Assembly: GCA_902559905.1 (NCBI GenBank)
Contig: CACEJV010000001.1
Span: 52,495 to 116,494 of the forward strand
Length of the DNA: 64,000 nt
Origin: an uncultured Bacteroidota bacterium
GTDB lineage: Bacteria > Bacteroidota > Bacteroidia > Flavobacteriales > Flavobacteriaceae
Direction of reading: 5' to 3'
In this document: piece after piece, positions 8,689 through 18,347 of the stretch
How the letters are laid out: the number at the start of each line of letters is the position of its first letter
Position numbering within the stretch: the first letter of the stretch is position 1
The notes under the pieces: generated by a model
Told to the model about the DNA's origin: nothing
Database searches by the model: none
The model's input: only the letters and a program-made list of their open reading frames with translations
Position numbers and translations under genes: made by a program

Positions 8689-10902
8689 ATGAAAAAAATA
8701 TTATACACCCTAACGTTAATTTCTTCATTATTACTAAACTCACAAAGTCAAGAACAAATTCAAACAAGAATTGATTCTATAACTGCATTAGATGAAGTAA
8801 TAATTAAAGCCAATACAATACTTGGAAATAAATTTGTTGCAAAGAATAGAACTGGAGCTGCATATTTTTTATCAACTGCTGAACTAGCTGAATTTAACTA
8901 TACAGATATTAATAGAGCATTAAGTAAGATTGCGGGAATAAATTTTTATGAAGAAGACGGATTTGGGCTTAGACCCAACATAAGCATTAGAGGTACTTCA
9001 CCTGAGAGAAGTTCAAAAATTGCAATAATGGAAGATGGTATTTTAATCTCACCAGCCCCCTACAGCGCTTCATCAGCTTATTATTTTCCATCAATAGCAA
9101 GAATGCAGGCTGTTGAAGTATTAAAAGGTAGTAGTCAGATTCAATATGGACCATATACAACTGGTGGAGCTATAAACTTTGTTTCAACTGAAATACCAGA
9201 ATCTTTTAAGGGAAAAATCACAACCAATTATGGTAGCTTTAACACAGGTCAAACTCATTCAACATTTGGGAATAGTTTCGATAATTTTGGATATATGGTT
9301 GAGTATTTAAATTATAATTCAGATGGGTTTAAAGCATTGGGTAATGACTTAAATACTGGATTTGATATAAATGAAATAACTTCAAAGATCAGGCTAAACA
9401 GTTCAGATCAATCATTAATATCTCAAAGCTTAGAATTTAAGTTTCATTATTATGATGAAATATCAAATGAAACTTATTTAGGTCTAACAGATGATGATTT
9501 TGATATTAATCCTTCATTAAGATATCCGGGTTCAGAAAAAGATAAAATGGATGCAGAACATACACAATATTTAATTACACATCAACTAAATCTATCTGAA
9601 AGATTTAAAATTACATCTAATTTTTACCATAATGGTTTTAAAAGAAATTGGTACAAACTAGATGATATAGTTTATAATGGAGATTCACAAAAAATTTCGA
9701 AGGTATTATCAAATCCAGATAAATATTCTGGACATATGTCACTTGTCAGAGGAGAGTTGAATGAAACCGATAATTCTTTAAAAGTAAAAGCAAATAATAG
9801 AGAATATGTGTCAAAAGGAATTCAAACAAAAATTGATTACCATTGGTATGGGAAAAATGATTCATTTAATGACCTAGAAATTGGTTTTAGATTTCATTAT
9901 GATGAAGAAGATAGATTTCAATGGGAAGATATATATAATATAAATAATGGGTTCATGTCACTTAGTAAATATGGAGATAAAGGATCGCAGGGCAATAGAA
10001 TAAGTTCTGCTAATTCATTTGCTTCTTATATAATGTATAAATACAAATTAAAAAGATTTACAATTACACCGGGAATAAGATATGAATCTATTGACTTAGA
10101 GAGAAATGATTACGGAAAATCAAATCCTCAAAGAAATAAAAATGAGGTTTCATATAGACAAAATAAGGTTTCAGTATTTATACCTGGATTTGGCCTAAAT
10201 TACAGCTTTAACAACAATGTTTCTATGTTTGGTGGATTACATAAAGGTTATTCACCTCCAGGAAGTTCAGAGGGGCAGAAAGCTGAAGAAAGCATTAATA
10301 TTGAAATTGGAACTAGACTTTCATATAAAAAATTCAATTCAGAATTAATTTTTTATCAAAACAACTACACTAACTTATTGGGTAATGATTTAGCAGCAAC
10401 AGGTGGTTTTGGGGAGCTAGATCCATTTAATGCTGGTAAAGCTTTAGTAAATGGACTTGAATTTTTATTGAGAACAAGTTTATTAGAAAACAATGAAGTT
10501 TCTGTTCCTTTTTCGCTTTCCTATACTCTTACAAATGCAAAATTTCTAAGCGATTTTGGAAGTACCCAAGATATCTGGGGAGAAGTTAGTAATGGTGATA
10601 GGATTCCATATATACCTAAACATCAATTAAATTCTTCAATCAGCTTTCAAGCTGATAAATATGAAATTAATTTAAGCGGAAATTATAATGGTAAATTTTC
10701 AACTATTGCAAATGGTTCAATTGAGATACCCTCATATTTAATTTTTGACATATCCTTTAGATATAACTTAAGTTCAGATATTACATTTAGATCAAAAATA
10801 TTAAACCTTTTTGATAAAGATTATGCAGTTTCTAGAGCTCCTGCTGGATTAAGACCAGGTCATCCCTTTGGAATTTATGCTGGATTTGAATATCGATTTT
10901 AG
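8689..10902 (+). CDS. TonB-dependent receptor, FecA-like iron uptake
   Basis: Plug EEDGFGLRPNISIRG, APAPY-like motif, EVLKGSSQIQYG; C-terminal EYRF; Fur-like boxes upstream. Confidence 0.9.
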   Translation: MKKILYTLTLISSLLLNSQSQEQIQTRIDSITALDEVIIKANTILGNKFVAKNRTGAAYFLSTAELAEFNYTDINRALSKIAGINFYEEDGFGLRPNISIRGTSPERSSKIAIMEDGILISPAPYSASSAYYFPSIARMQAVEVLKGSSQIQYGPYTTGGAINFVSTEIPESFKGKITTNYGSFNTGQTHSTFGNSFDNFGYMVEYLNYNSDGFKALGNDLNTGFDINEITSKIRLNSSDQSLISQSLEFKFHYYDEISNETYLGLTDDDFDINPSLRYPGSEKDKMDAEHTQYLITHQLNLSERFKITSNFYHNGFKRNWYKLDDIVYNGDSQKISKVLSNPDKYSGHMSLVRGELNETDNSLKVKANNREYVSKGIQTKIDYHWYGKNDSFNDLEIGFRFHYDEEDRFQWEDIYNINNGFMSLSKYGDKGSQGNRISSANSFASYIMYKYKLKRFTITPGIRYESIDLERNDYGKSNPQRNKNEVSYRQNKVSVFIPGFGLNYSFNNNVSMFGGLHKGYSPPGSSEGQKAEESINIEIGTRLSYKKFNSELIFYQNNYTNLLGNDLAATGGFGELDPFNAGKALVNGLEFLLRTSLLENNEVSVPFSLSYTLTNAKFLSDFGSTQDIWGEVSNGDRIPYIPKHQLNSSISFQADKYEINLSGNYNGKFSTIANGSIEIPSYLIFDISFRYNLSSDITFRSKILNLFDKDYAVSRAPAGLRPGHPFGIYAGFEYRF

Positions 10903-10941
10903 TTTTTTATGAATTAAAATTTCTTTTACTTTTGATTTATT

Positions 10942-11337
10942 ATGAATCAAGAAAATGAAATTATTATCTATGATGGAATCTGTGTTCTTTGTAATTTCTT
11001 TATGCGTTTTATACTAAAAAAAGACAAGAGTTTAAATTTTAAAGCAACTACTTTGCAAAGCAATTATACAATAAAAAACTATCCTCAAGTTACTAAAGTA
11101 GACTCTGTAGCTTTAATTCTCAAAAATGGTGATATTTTACAAAAAAGTAAAGCTGTTTATTACATTCTAAAAAAAGTAAAAACATTATTTTTAATCAGAG
11201 TTCTAATTTTCATACTACCCTCGTTTTTTTCTGATTTAGTTTATGACCTAGTTGCTAAAACTAGATATATGATTTTTGGCAGATATGATTCATGTCCTGC
11301 ATTAGAAGATAATTTAAATTCAAGGATAATTGAATAA
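10942..11337 (+). CDS. DCC1-like thiol-disulfide oxidoreductase (DUF393)
   Basis: YDGICVLC DxxCxxC motif; YDLVAKTRY..FG. Confidence 0.88.
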   Translation: MNQENEIIIYDGICVLCNFFMRFILKKDKSLNFKATTLQSNYTIKNYPQVTKVDSVALILKNGDILQKSKAVYYILKKVKTLFLIRVLIFILPSFFSDLVYDLVAKTRYMIFGRYDSCPALEDNLNSRIIE

Positions 11338-11459
11338 AAAATCTAAGGAACCTATATTGATATTTTATATTAACGATTTTTTAACAAATTCAATAAAATA
11401 AGGAACTTTCAGCTATATTTTTAAAACCTTAAATGTTATTATTATGAACTTTATGACAT

Positions 11460-11467
11460 TACATTTG
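11460..11467 (+). promoter_or_regulatory. Bacteroidota sigma70 -7 element
   Basis: TACATTTG matches TAnnTTTG, 16 nt before the TTG start of the receptor. Confidence 0.6.
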
Positions 11468-11483
11468 CATTTCAAAAAATTAC

Positions 11484-13550
11484 TTGTTGAGAACTCTAAA
11501 ACTGTCACTTCTCGTTATTTGTGTTTGCTTTTTTCAAATACTTAAAGCACAACAGACTTATGATACTCTTAATACCAACATTCTGGATGAAGTAATTATC
11601 TCTGCTACGAAAACTTTAAGGCAACTTTCGACCTTGCCACTTCCAGCCAAACTTATTTCAAAAGAAGAAATAATAAAGAGTAACTCAAGCAGTCTAACGG
11701 AGATTTTAGATGATCAAATTGGAATTTTTATAGTTCCTGATTTTGGAGGAAGTAATGGAGTTCAAATGCAAGGGCTAGATTCTGAATATACATTGTTATT
11801 GATTGATGGCTACCCATTAATTGGAAGACAATCAGGAACTCTTGATTTAGATAGGATATCTGTTGGAAATATTGAAAAAATTGAGATTATCAAAGGCAGC
11901 TCATCAAGCTTATATGGTACTGATGCAATTGGTGGAGTTATTAATTTAATCACATCTGAAGCACAAAAAGACCTATCATTTAATTCTAGCTATAAATATT
12001 CATCATACAACACAAATGATCTATCGTTAAATCTTGGAACAATTGTTAATGATAATCATCGGTTTAATGTTTATTTAAATTCTCTTAGCAGTGATGGATA
12101 CGACCTTATAGAAAATGATCTTATGAATACTGTTGAGCCATACAAAAGGTATACAGGATTCATTAGATATAATTATAATAACAAGAAATGGACAGTTTTC
12201 TCATCCATTAGAGGATATATAGAGAATCAAGACTTTAAATTGAACGATAATATTTATGGTGATAACATTACCAATGAATTTAGCTTAAATACCTCAATTA
12301 AATATTCAAGTAATGATAAGCTCATGGTAATTATAGATAATTATTTTACTAATTATAAGAATGATGAAGAATTGAAGTCTAATAATTTTAACTATGAAGA
12401 GTCATTTTTTGATCAATCACTTTACAAAGCAGAGCTAAGATCAATTTTTGATATAAACGAAGAAAATAAACTAATATTTGGTATTGGCTATAGTAATGAA
12501 TCATTAAGCAGAAATAATTTTTTTGATACTAATGTTTCTCAAAATTCAACAAATTACTTCATTCAGTATGAAGGCTTTGTCTTTGAAAATACGAATTATA
12601 TTTTTGGAGCCAGATTCGATAAGCATAAACAGTATCAGTCTGTATTTAGCCCAAGAGCTGCATTAAGAACTAAATTAAATGATAATATTTCAATTAAATT
12701 ATCTTTTGGGAAAGGTTTTAAAACCCCTGACTTTAGACAATTATATTTCAACTTTTCCAATTCAACATCTGGATATTCAGTAATTGGATTTAATGCTGCT
12801 AAAGAAATAATATCTAATCTTCAAGATTTAAATCAAATTGCAAATTTGATAATTTCTGAAGAGGAATTTAATGGAAACCTAAAACCTGAAACATCATTAA
12901 GCTTCAATCTAGGTTTGAATTATAAACCAAATAATAGAATCAATGTTGATATAAATTTATTTAGAAATCAAATTAAAAATCTTATTGATTACAAAATAAT
13001 TGCCACAAAAATCAATGGCCAAAATATTTTTAGCTATTACAATCTAAATAAAGTTTACACCCAAGGTCTAGAGGTAAATTCAACATTTAAGTTAAAAGAT
13101 AATATCGATTTTGCCATAGGCTATCAGTATCTTGACGCAAAGGATAATGATGCAGTAAATAGAATTGAAAATGGTGAGGTTTATGCAAGAATTAGTCCAA
13201 GAAGTTCTTCTTTTAGAATTGAATCAAATGATTATTTTGGATTATACAATCGTTCAAAACATAACATAAATTCAAAGATTACTATATCTTCAAAAAATAA
13301 TTTTCAAATCTATTTTAAGTCAAAATATAGAAGTAGATATGGCTTAATGGATAATAATGGGAATGATATTCTAGATAATTATGATCAATTTGTCAATCCT
13401 TTCATAATATCTGATTTGTCAATCTCCAAAAAAATTAAAAACTACACTTTCACTCTGGGATCAGATAACTTATTTGATTATTCAGATCCTCAAAATTTAC
13501 CGAATAACCCAGGGAGAATAGTTTATTCAAAAATTATAATATCAATTTAA
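11484..13550 (+). CDS. TonB-dependent receptor, HmuR-like (probable heme uptake)
   Basis: QMQGLDSEYTLLLIDG, IEIIKGSSSSLYG, GFKTPDFRQLY; directly upstream of an HmuY-family gene. Confidence 0.85.
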   Translation: MLRTLKLSLLVICVCFFQILKAQQTYDTLNTNILDEVIISATKTLRQLSTLPLPAKLISKEEIIKSNSSSLTEILDDQIGIFIVPDFGGSNGVQMQGLDSEYTLLLIDGYPLIGRQSGTLDLDRISVGNIEKIEIIKGSSSSLYGTDAIGGVINLITSEAQKDLSFNSSYKYSSYNTNDLSLNLGTIVNDNHRFNVYLNSLSSDGYDLIENDLMNTVEPYKRYTGFIRYNYNNKKWTVFSSIRGYIENQDFKLNDNIYGDNITNEFSLNTSIKYSSNDKLMVIIDNYFTNYKNDEELKSNNFNYEESFFDQSLYKAELRSIFDINEENKLIFGIGYSNESLSRNNFFDTNVSQNSTNYFIQYEGFVFENTNYIFGARFDKHKQYQSVFSPRAALRTKLNDNISIKLSFGKGFKTPDFRQLYFNFSNSTSGYSVIGFNAAKEIISNLQDLNQIANLIISEEEFNGNLKPETSLSFNLGLNYKPNNRINVDINLFRNQIKNLIDYKIIATKINGQNIFSYYNLNKVYTQGLEVNSTFKLKDNIDFAIGYQYLDAKDNDAVNRIENGEVYARISPRSSSFRIESNDYFGLYNRSKHNINSKITISSKNNFQIYFKSKYRSRYGLMDNNGNDILDNYDQFVNPFIISDLSISKKIKNYTFTLGSDNLFDYSDPQNLPNNPGRIVYSKIIISI

Positions 13551-13569
13551 ACAATCAAATCTTAAAATT

Positions 13570-14208
13570 ATGAGAAAAACAATTACCTATATTACTTTAT
13601 TATCACTAATACTTTCATCATGTAGTAAAGATGATGAAGTTCAGCTTTTAGATATTGTATCCGAAAGTTTTGAAAATCTTTATGCTCCTCAAAATGGAGG
13701 AGTTAATCCTAGAACTGGTCAGTTTACACCAATATCGGGCGAATTCACAAAATTCAATTTTTCATCCGGACAAATCACAACTAGTGAAACAGATTGGGAT
13801 GTTGCATTTAGAGGAACTGATATAATTGTTAACGGAGGCGAATCTCTTGGAACCATAGATGAACCTTCTAGAACAGGAAACGCTGCAGTATATATTGCAA
13901 GTGGGACTATGTTATCAGTTGTCGATGTTGATTTACAATCACTAAGTCAAGACTCCACATCTGGATATGCAATTCCATCTGGAGGAGGTAATGGATGGTA
14001 TACATATCAAGGACCTCCTGTTAATATAATCTCTCCAACACCAGGAAAAATATTAGTATTTAGAACTTTTGATGGTAAATATGCTAAAATGGAGATTTTA
14101 AGTTATTACAAAGATGCACCTGAAAGCCCTGACGCATTCACAGATGAGTCTAGATATTATACATTCAATTATGAATATCAGCCCAATGAGGGGATAACAA
14201 ATTTCTAA
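13570..14208 (+). CDS. hmuY: HmuY family surface lipoprotein
   Basis: Lipobox LSSC-SKDD; WDVAF, NGWYTY, RTFDGKYAKMEILSYY, YYTFNY motifs. Confidence 0.85.
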   Translation: MRKTITYITLLSLILSSCSKDDEVQLLDIVSESFENLYAPQNGGVNPRTGQFTPISGEFTKFNFSSGQITTSETDWDVAFRGTDIIVNGGESLGTIDEPSRTGNAAVYIASGTMLSVVDVDLQSLSQDSTSGYAIPSGGGNGWYTYQGPPVNIISPTPGKILVFRTFDGKYAKMEILSYYKDAPESPDAFTDESRYYTFNYEYQPNEGITNF

Positions 14209-14220
14209 ACCAATTTGTTT

Positions 14221-14260
14221 AAAAAAGTATATCCATGGTAAAGGTGGATATACTTTTTTT
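14221..14260. terminator. Bidirectional intrinsic terminator
   Basis: AAAAAAGTATATCCAT-ggtaaag-GTGGATATACTTTTTTT between convergent hmuY and AraC. Confidence 0.85.
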
Positions 14261-14265
14261 ATTAT

Positions 14266-15111
14266 TTAGTTTAGATATTTCTTTGGTGTGATACCAAATC
14301 TTTTTTTGAATGCACTAATAAAGTGACTAGCTGAGGAATAGCCTAAGTGTTGTGAAACTTCATTCACATTATAATTTTTACTTGATAACATTTGACTAGC
14401 TTTTGTCATTTTATATTCAGATAGAAAACCATAGACAGTATTTCCATACACTTGCTTAAACCCTGTTTTTAAATTTTTCAAAGGAATTTCAACTTTGGCA
14501 GCTAATTCATTTAATCCAGGTGGGTTATCAATATTTTGAAGAATAATTTCTTTAGCTCTTTTGATCTTGGCAATATTCTTATCATCAGCAAGAAATGGGC
14601 ATTGATCTAGATCAAATTCATTAGATGTATTATATAGAATACTTAAAAGCTCTAAAACCTTTCCATTAAAATATATTTTTTTGATATTATTATTTAGATT
14701 TTCATTTAAAATTTGATTTAATACAGTCAATGTTTTATTTGGAATAGAATCCTCTTTATAATATTTTTTATTAAGGTTATCATCTGAAATGAAAGAGATA
14801 GAACTTGCTGAATCAGAAAAGAGACTATGAAATTTATTAATGGAAATTAATAAGCTCACTAGTTTAGTTTTTGGAGAAATTTTACAATTAATTGGTATAT
14901 TTTTTGAAGGATTATAAAGAGTCAAAAACTTATTACTGTCTAAATTTAATTTATATGAGTCATTGTTGTAGCTAAATGAAGCATTACCATCTATGCAGAA
15001 ATGAAATTGAATATATTTTAAATCTACATCTAAGAAAAAATTACCAGAATTATCATCAATTTTAGATGTATAACACAAAGTTATTTCTTTATCTATATTC
15101 TCAATAATCAT
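14266..15111 (-). CDS. AraC family transcriptional regulator
   Basis: C-terminal double HTH: LKTGFKQVYG, LGYSSASHFISAFKKRFGITP; IQFHFC and QCPFL motifs. Confidence 0.92.
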   Translation of the reverse strand: MIIENIDKEITLCYTSKIDDNSGNFFLDVDLKYIQFHFCIDGNASFSYNNDSYKLNLDSNKFLTLYNPSKNIPINCKISPKTKLVSLLISINKFHSLFSDSASSISFISDDNLNKKYYKEDSIPNKTLTVLNQILNENLNNNIKKIYFNGKVLELLSILYNTSNEFDLDQCPFLADDKNIAKIKRAKEIILQNIDNPPGLNELAAKVEIPLKNLKTGFKQVYGNTVYGFLSEYKMTKASQMLSSKNYNVNEVSQHLGYSSASHFISAFKKRFGITPKKYLN

Positions 15112-15187
15112 AATAGATTCTCAATACTTTATACAAATATAAAACTGAAAAATTACATATAGAATTTATTTCATTAAATTAGCCTAT

Positions 15188-16459
15188 ATGGATGTTGGAT
15201 CGATTTTAATTGTACTCCCTTTATTAATAATATTTTCATACTTGTTTGATATTTTTGCAAGGAGGACAAAATTTCCATCAGTAATCCTACTTGTTCTAAC
15301 GGGTATAATATTAAGGTTTTTTTCCTCATACTCCGGTTACAACAATTTTGAGTTTCTTGATAGTCTTGTTCCCGTTTTAGGCACAATAGGATTAATCTTA
15401 ATTGTTCTTGAGGCTGCACTGGAATTAGAAATAAAGAAAGAAAAAGCACAGATTATAGTTAAAGGGTTTTTAGCTGCGTTGGTTATCCTTGTTATCAATA
15501 TTGTGCTAGTAAGTATTTTCTTCAATCAAGTTATAGGATTAGAATATTCGACATCTGTTATATATGCTATTCCTTTATCAATAATTAGTAGCGCAGTAGC
15601 AATTCCATCAGCAACTGGACTAATAACTAACAATAAGGAGTTTGTTGTTTATGAATCTACATTCTCAGATATTCTGGGTATTATGATTTTTTACTATTGT
15701 ATTAGACAGGCAGAGAAGGGAGAGGCATTTATCGGACTTGAACCAATCTTTACATTAATAGGACAGATTTTCTTAATTATAGGTATTTCAATTGTTATAA
15801 CATATCTTTTATTTCAATTGATACAAAGAATTGAGCATCATGTAAAATTTTTTCTAATTCTAGCGTTATTAATCCTAGCTTATGAGATTGGAAAAGATTT
15901 TTTAAAACTTCCATCATTAGTCCTAATATTTATTTTTGGAATTTTTCTTTCGAATTTTACAAATCTTATTCCAAAGAGTTTAAAAAAATATATCAAAACT
16001 GATGATATTAAAAAGTCTGACTTACACGAATTCCATTTATTGACTGCTGAATCAACATTCTTAGTCAGAACCTTCTTCTTTTTATTCTTTGGTTTTTCAA
16101 TTCCTCTTGAGAGTTTTGTTGAGTTTGAACCATATATAATTGGTGCAACTGTTTTGCTGATTATGTATGGTGTTAGATATTTTTATTTGGCCCTTGTACT
16201 AAAAGATGAGGAATCTAAACCTCTTCTTTACTTTTCACCTAGGGGTTTAATAACCATACTTTTATTCTTAAGTATATCTGATTATGATATTCAAAAGAGC
16301 AATATTGTTGATGAAAAAGTACTACTAGTAATTATTATTGCTTCAATGCTAATAATGATTCAAGGGTCTATTAAGAGGATAAAGAAAGAAGATGAAGAAT
16401 CTAATGAACCCCAACAATCTTTATCTGAAATAGTCGACTCACAAATTGACAAAAAATGA
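15188..16459 (+). CDS. Cation:proton antiporter (CPA1-like)
   Basis: Polytopic membrane protein; YESTFSDILG, PRGLITILL. Confidence 0.82.
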   Translation: MDVGSILIVLPLLIIFSYLFDIFARRTKFPSVILLVLTGIILRFFSSYSGYNNFEFLDSLVPVLGTIGLILIVLEAALELEIKKEKAQIIVKGFLAALVILVINIVLVSIFFNQVIGLEYSTSVIYAIPLSIISSAVAIPSATGLITNNKEFVVYESTFSDILGIMIFYYCIRQAEKGEAFIGLEPIFTLIGQIFLIIGISIVITYLLFQLIQRIEHHVKFFLILALLILAYEIGKDFLKLPSLVLIFIFGIFLSNFTNLIPKSLKKYIKTDDIKKSDLHEFHLLTAESTFLVRTFFFLFFGFSIPLESFVEFEPYIIGATVLLIMYGVRYFYLALVLKDEESKPLLYFSPRGLITILLFLSISDYDIQKSNIVDEKVLLVIIIASMLIMIQGSIKRIKKEDEESNEPQQSLSEIVDSQIDKK

Positions 16460-17589
16460 AAAAAATAAAAATTTTAGTAATAACTATAGCGGCATTATTT
16501 GCAGTTGTTTATACTCTAAATCTAGAGTATTTTGCAAGGGGTATTCGAATTGTATACTTAAATCTGGAAACCACAGTATTTATAGACGACTTGAAATATT
16601 TTGATTATGAGACGATTAAATCTCCATTAGAAAAATCTCCATGGGCAGAGAGTGAGGATAAGACAACTAATTTTTCTACAGAGTTTGAGAACTATAATAA
16701 AAAAATGAGGACTGCTGCCTATATTGTTATTCATAATGATACGATTATAGGCGAGAAATATTATGAAGATTATTCAGTTAACTCATCAACTAATTCTTTT
16801 TCAATGGCAAAAACCCCTGTATCATTAATGATGGCAAAGGCCTTTGAGCAAGGTTATATTAATAGTCTTGAAGATAAAGTGATTGACTACATTCCTGAAC
16901 TAAAGGGAGAATTTGCTAATGATGTCAAAATTATTGATCTAGCTGCTATGACCTCAGGTATAGATTGGGATGAAGGTACATCAAATCCTTTTAGTCCCGT
17001 TGCAAAACAGTACTTCTATGAAGATCTTGATAAATTGATGTTAGAACAGAAATTTATTGATGAGCCAAGTAAAACCTATAAATATTCAAGTGGTAATACC
17101 CAAATATTATCCATGGTTATTGAAAAAGCAACTGGTATGAAAACAAATGATTATTTTGAAAAAGAATTCTGGTCAAAAATTAATCCAGATAATGATGCAT
17201 ATTGGCAAACAGACAGTAAAGAATCAGGAAATGTAAAGTCATTCTGTTGTCTACATTCAAATGCAAGAGATTTTTCTAGACTAGGTAAACTATACATTGA
17301 TAATGGGAGTTGGAACGGAAGTCAGATTATTGATTCAACATTTATTCAAAAATCTACAAAGCCATATTTAGATAATTTTAGAGAATATGGCATTGGAGTT
17401 TGGCTATCTAATTATAAGGATTTAAAAATTTCTCTGATGAGTGGTCACCAGGGACAATATGTAATTATGATTCCCGAAAAAAAATTAATAATTACAAGGC
17501 TAGGAGAAAGAGATGTTGATCTTGGAAGGGCTGGAGTTTCACCAGACGTACTTGTATATATTGATGAAGCCTTAAAGCTAATTAACTAA
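16456..17589 (+). CDS. Serine hydrolase, beta-lactamase/AmpC-like family
   Basis: SFSMAK (SxxK), YSSG, ARDFSRLG; 4-nt overlap with the antiporter. Confidence 0.85.
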   Translation: MKKIKILVITIAALFAVVYTLNLEYFARGIRIVYLNLETTVFIDDLKYFDYETIKSPLEKSPWAESEDKTTNFSTEFENYNKKMRTAAYIVIHNDTIIGEKYYEDYSVNSSTNSFSMAKTPVSLMMAKAFEQGYINSLEDKVIDYIPELKGEFANDVKIIDLAAMTSGIDWDEGTSNPFSPVAKQYFYEDLDKLMLEQKFIDEPSKTYKYSSGNTQILSMVIEKATGMKTNDYFEKEFWSKINPDNDAYWQTDSKESGNVKSFCCLHSNARDFSRLGKLYIDNGSWNGSQIIDSTFIQKSTKPYLDNFREYGIGVWLSNYKDLKISLMSGHQGQYVIMIPEKKLIITRLGERDVDLGRAGVSPDVLVYIDEALKLIN

Positions 17590-18347
17590 AGAGATAGTTC
17601 AAGTTTTATTGGGCAATGATCAGAGTGGTAAACATCACTTAAAATTGATGCATTAACTATACTTTTCTCAATTGATTTTGATACTATGTTATAGTCAATT
17701 CTCCACCCCTTATTATTTGCTCTTGAATTTGCTCTGTAACTCCACCAACTATATTGATGCGGTGATGAGTTTACAAAACGAAATGTATCAATAAATCTTT
17801 CTCCAATAAAACTATCTAGCCATTCTCTTTCTTCTGGCAAAAACCCTGAGACGTTCTTATTTCTAATAGGGTCATGAATATCAATAGCTTTATGACAAAT
17901 ATTATAATCGCCACAAATAACTAAATTTTTAATTTCATCATTTAATTGATAAATGTAATCTTTAAAGTCATCCATGAATTTAAACTTAAAATCAAGTCTG
18001 TCTAAATTTGTTCCTGATGGAAGATATAAACTTATGATAGATACCTTATCAAAATCAAGTCTAATGAGTCTTCCCTCAAAATCCATATAGTCTATTCCTG
18101 AACCATATTCAACATGATTAGGTTTTTGTTTTGAAAATATTGCAACGCCACTATAGCCCTTTTTTTGAGCTGAAAACCAGAATGTGTTATATCCTAAGTT
18201 TTCAATTTCAGAAACCTCAACTTGTTCTTTATTTGCTTTTATTTCTTGAAGACATATGACATCAGGAGATTCTCTTTTTAGCCAGTCAACAAATCCTTTA
18301 TTTATTGCGGCTCTTATGCCATTTACGTTATAACTAATAATATTCAA
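17586..18347 (-). CDS. xth: Exodeoxyribonuclease III
   Basis: SYNVNGIRA, CLQEIK, GYSGV, GWRIDY, SDHCP; TTG start abuts glyQS stop. Confidence 0.95.
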   Translation of the reverse strand: MNIISYNVNGIRAAINKGFVDWLKRESPDVICLQEIKANKEQVEVSEIENLGYNTFWFSAQKKGYSGVAIFSKQKPNHVEYGSGIDYMDFEGRLIRLDFDKVSIISLYLPSGTNLDRLDFKFKFMDDFKDYIYQLNDEIKNLVICGDYNICHKAIDIHDPIRNKNVSGFLPEEREWLDSFIGERFIDTFRFVNSSPHQYSWWSYRANSRANNKGWRIDYNIVSKSIEKSIVNASILSDVYHSDHCPIKLELSL

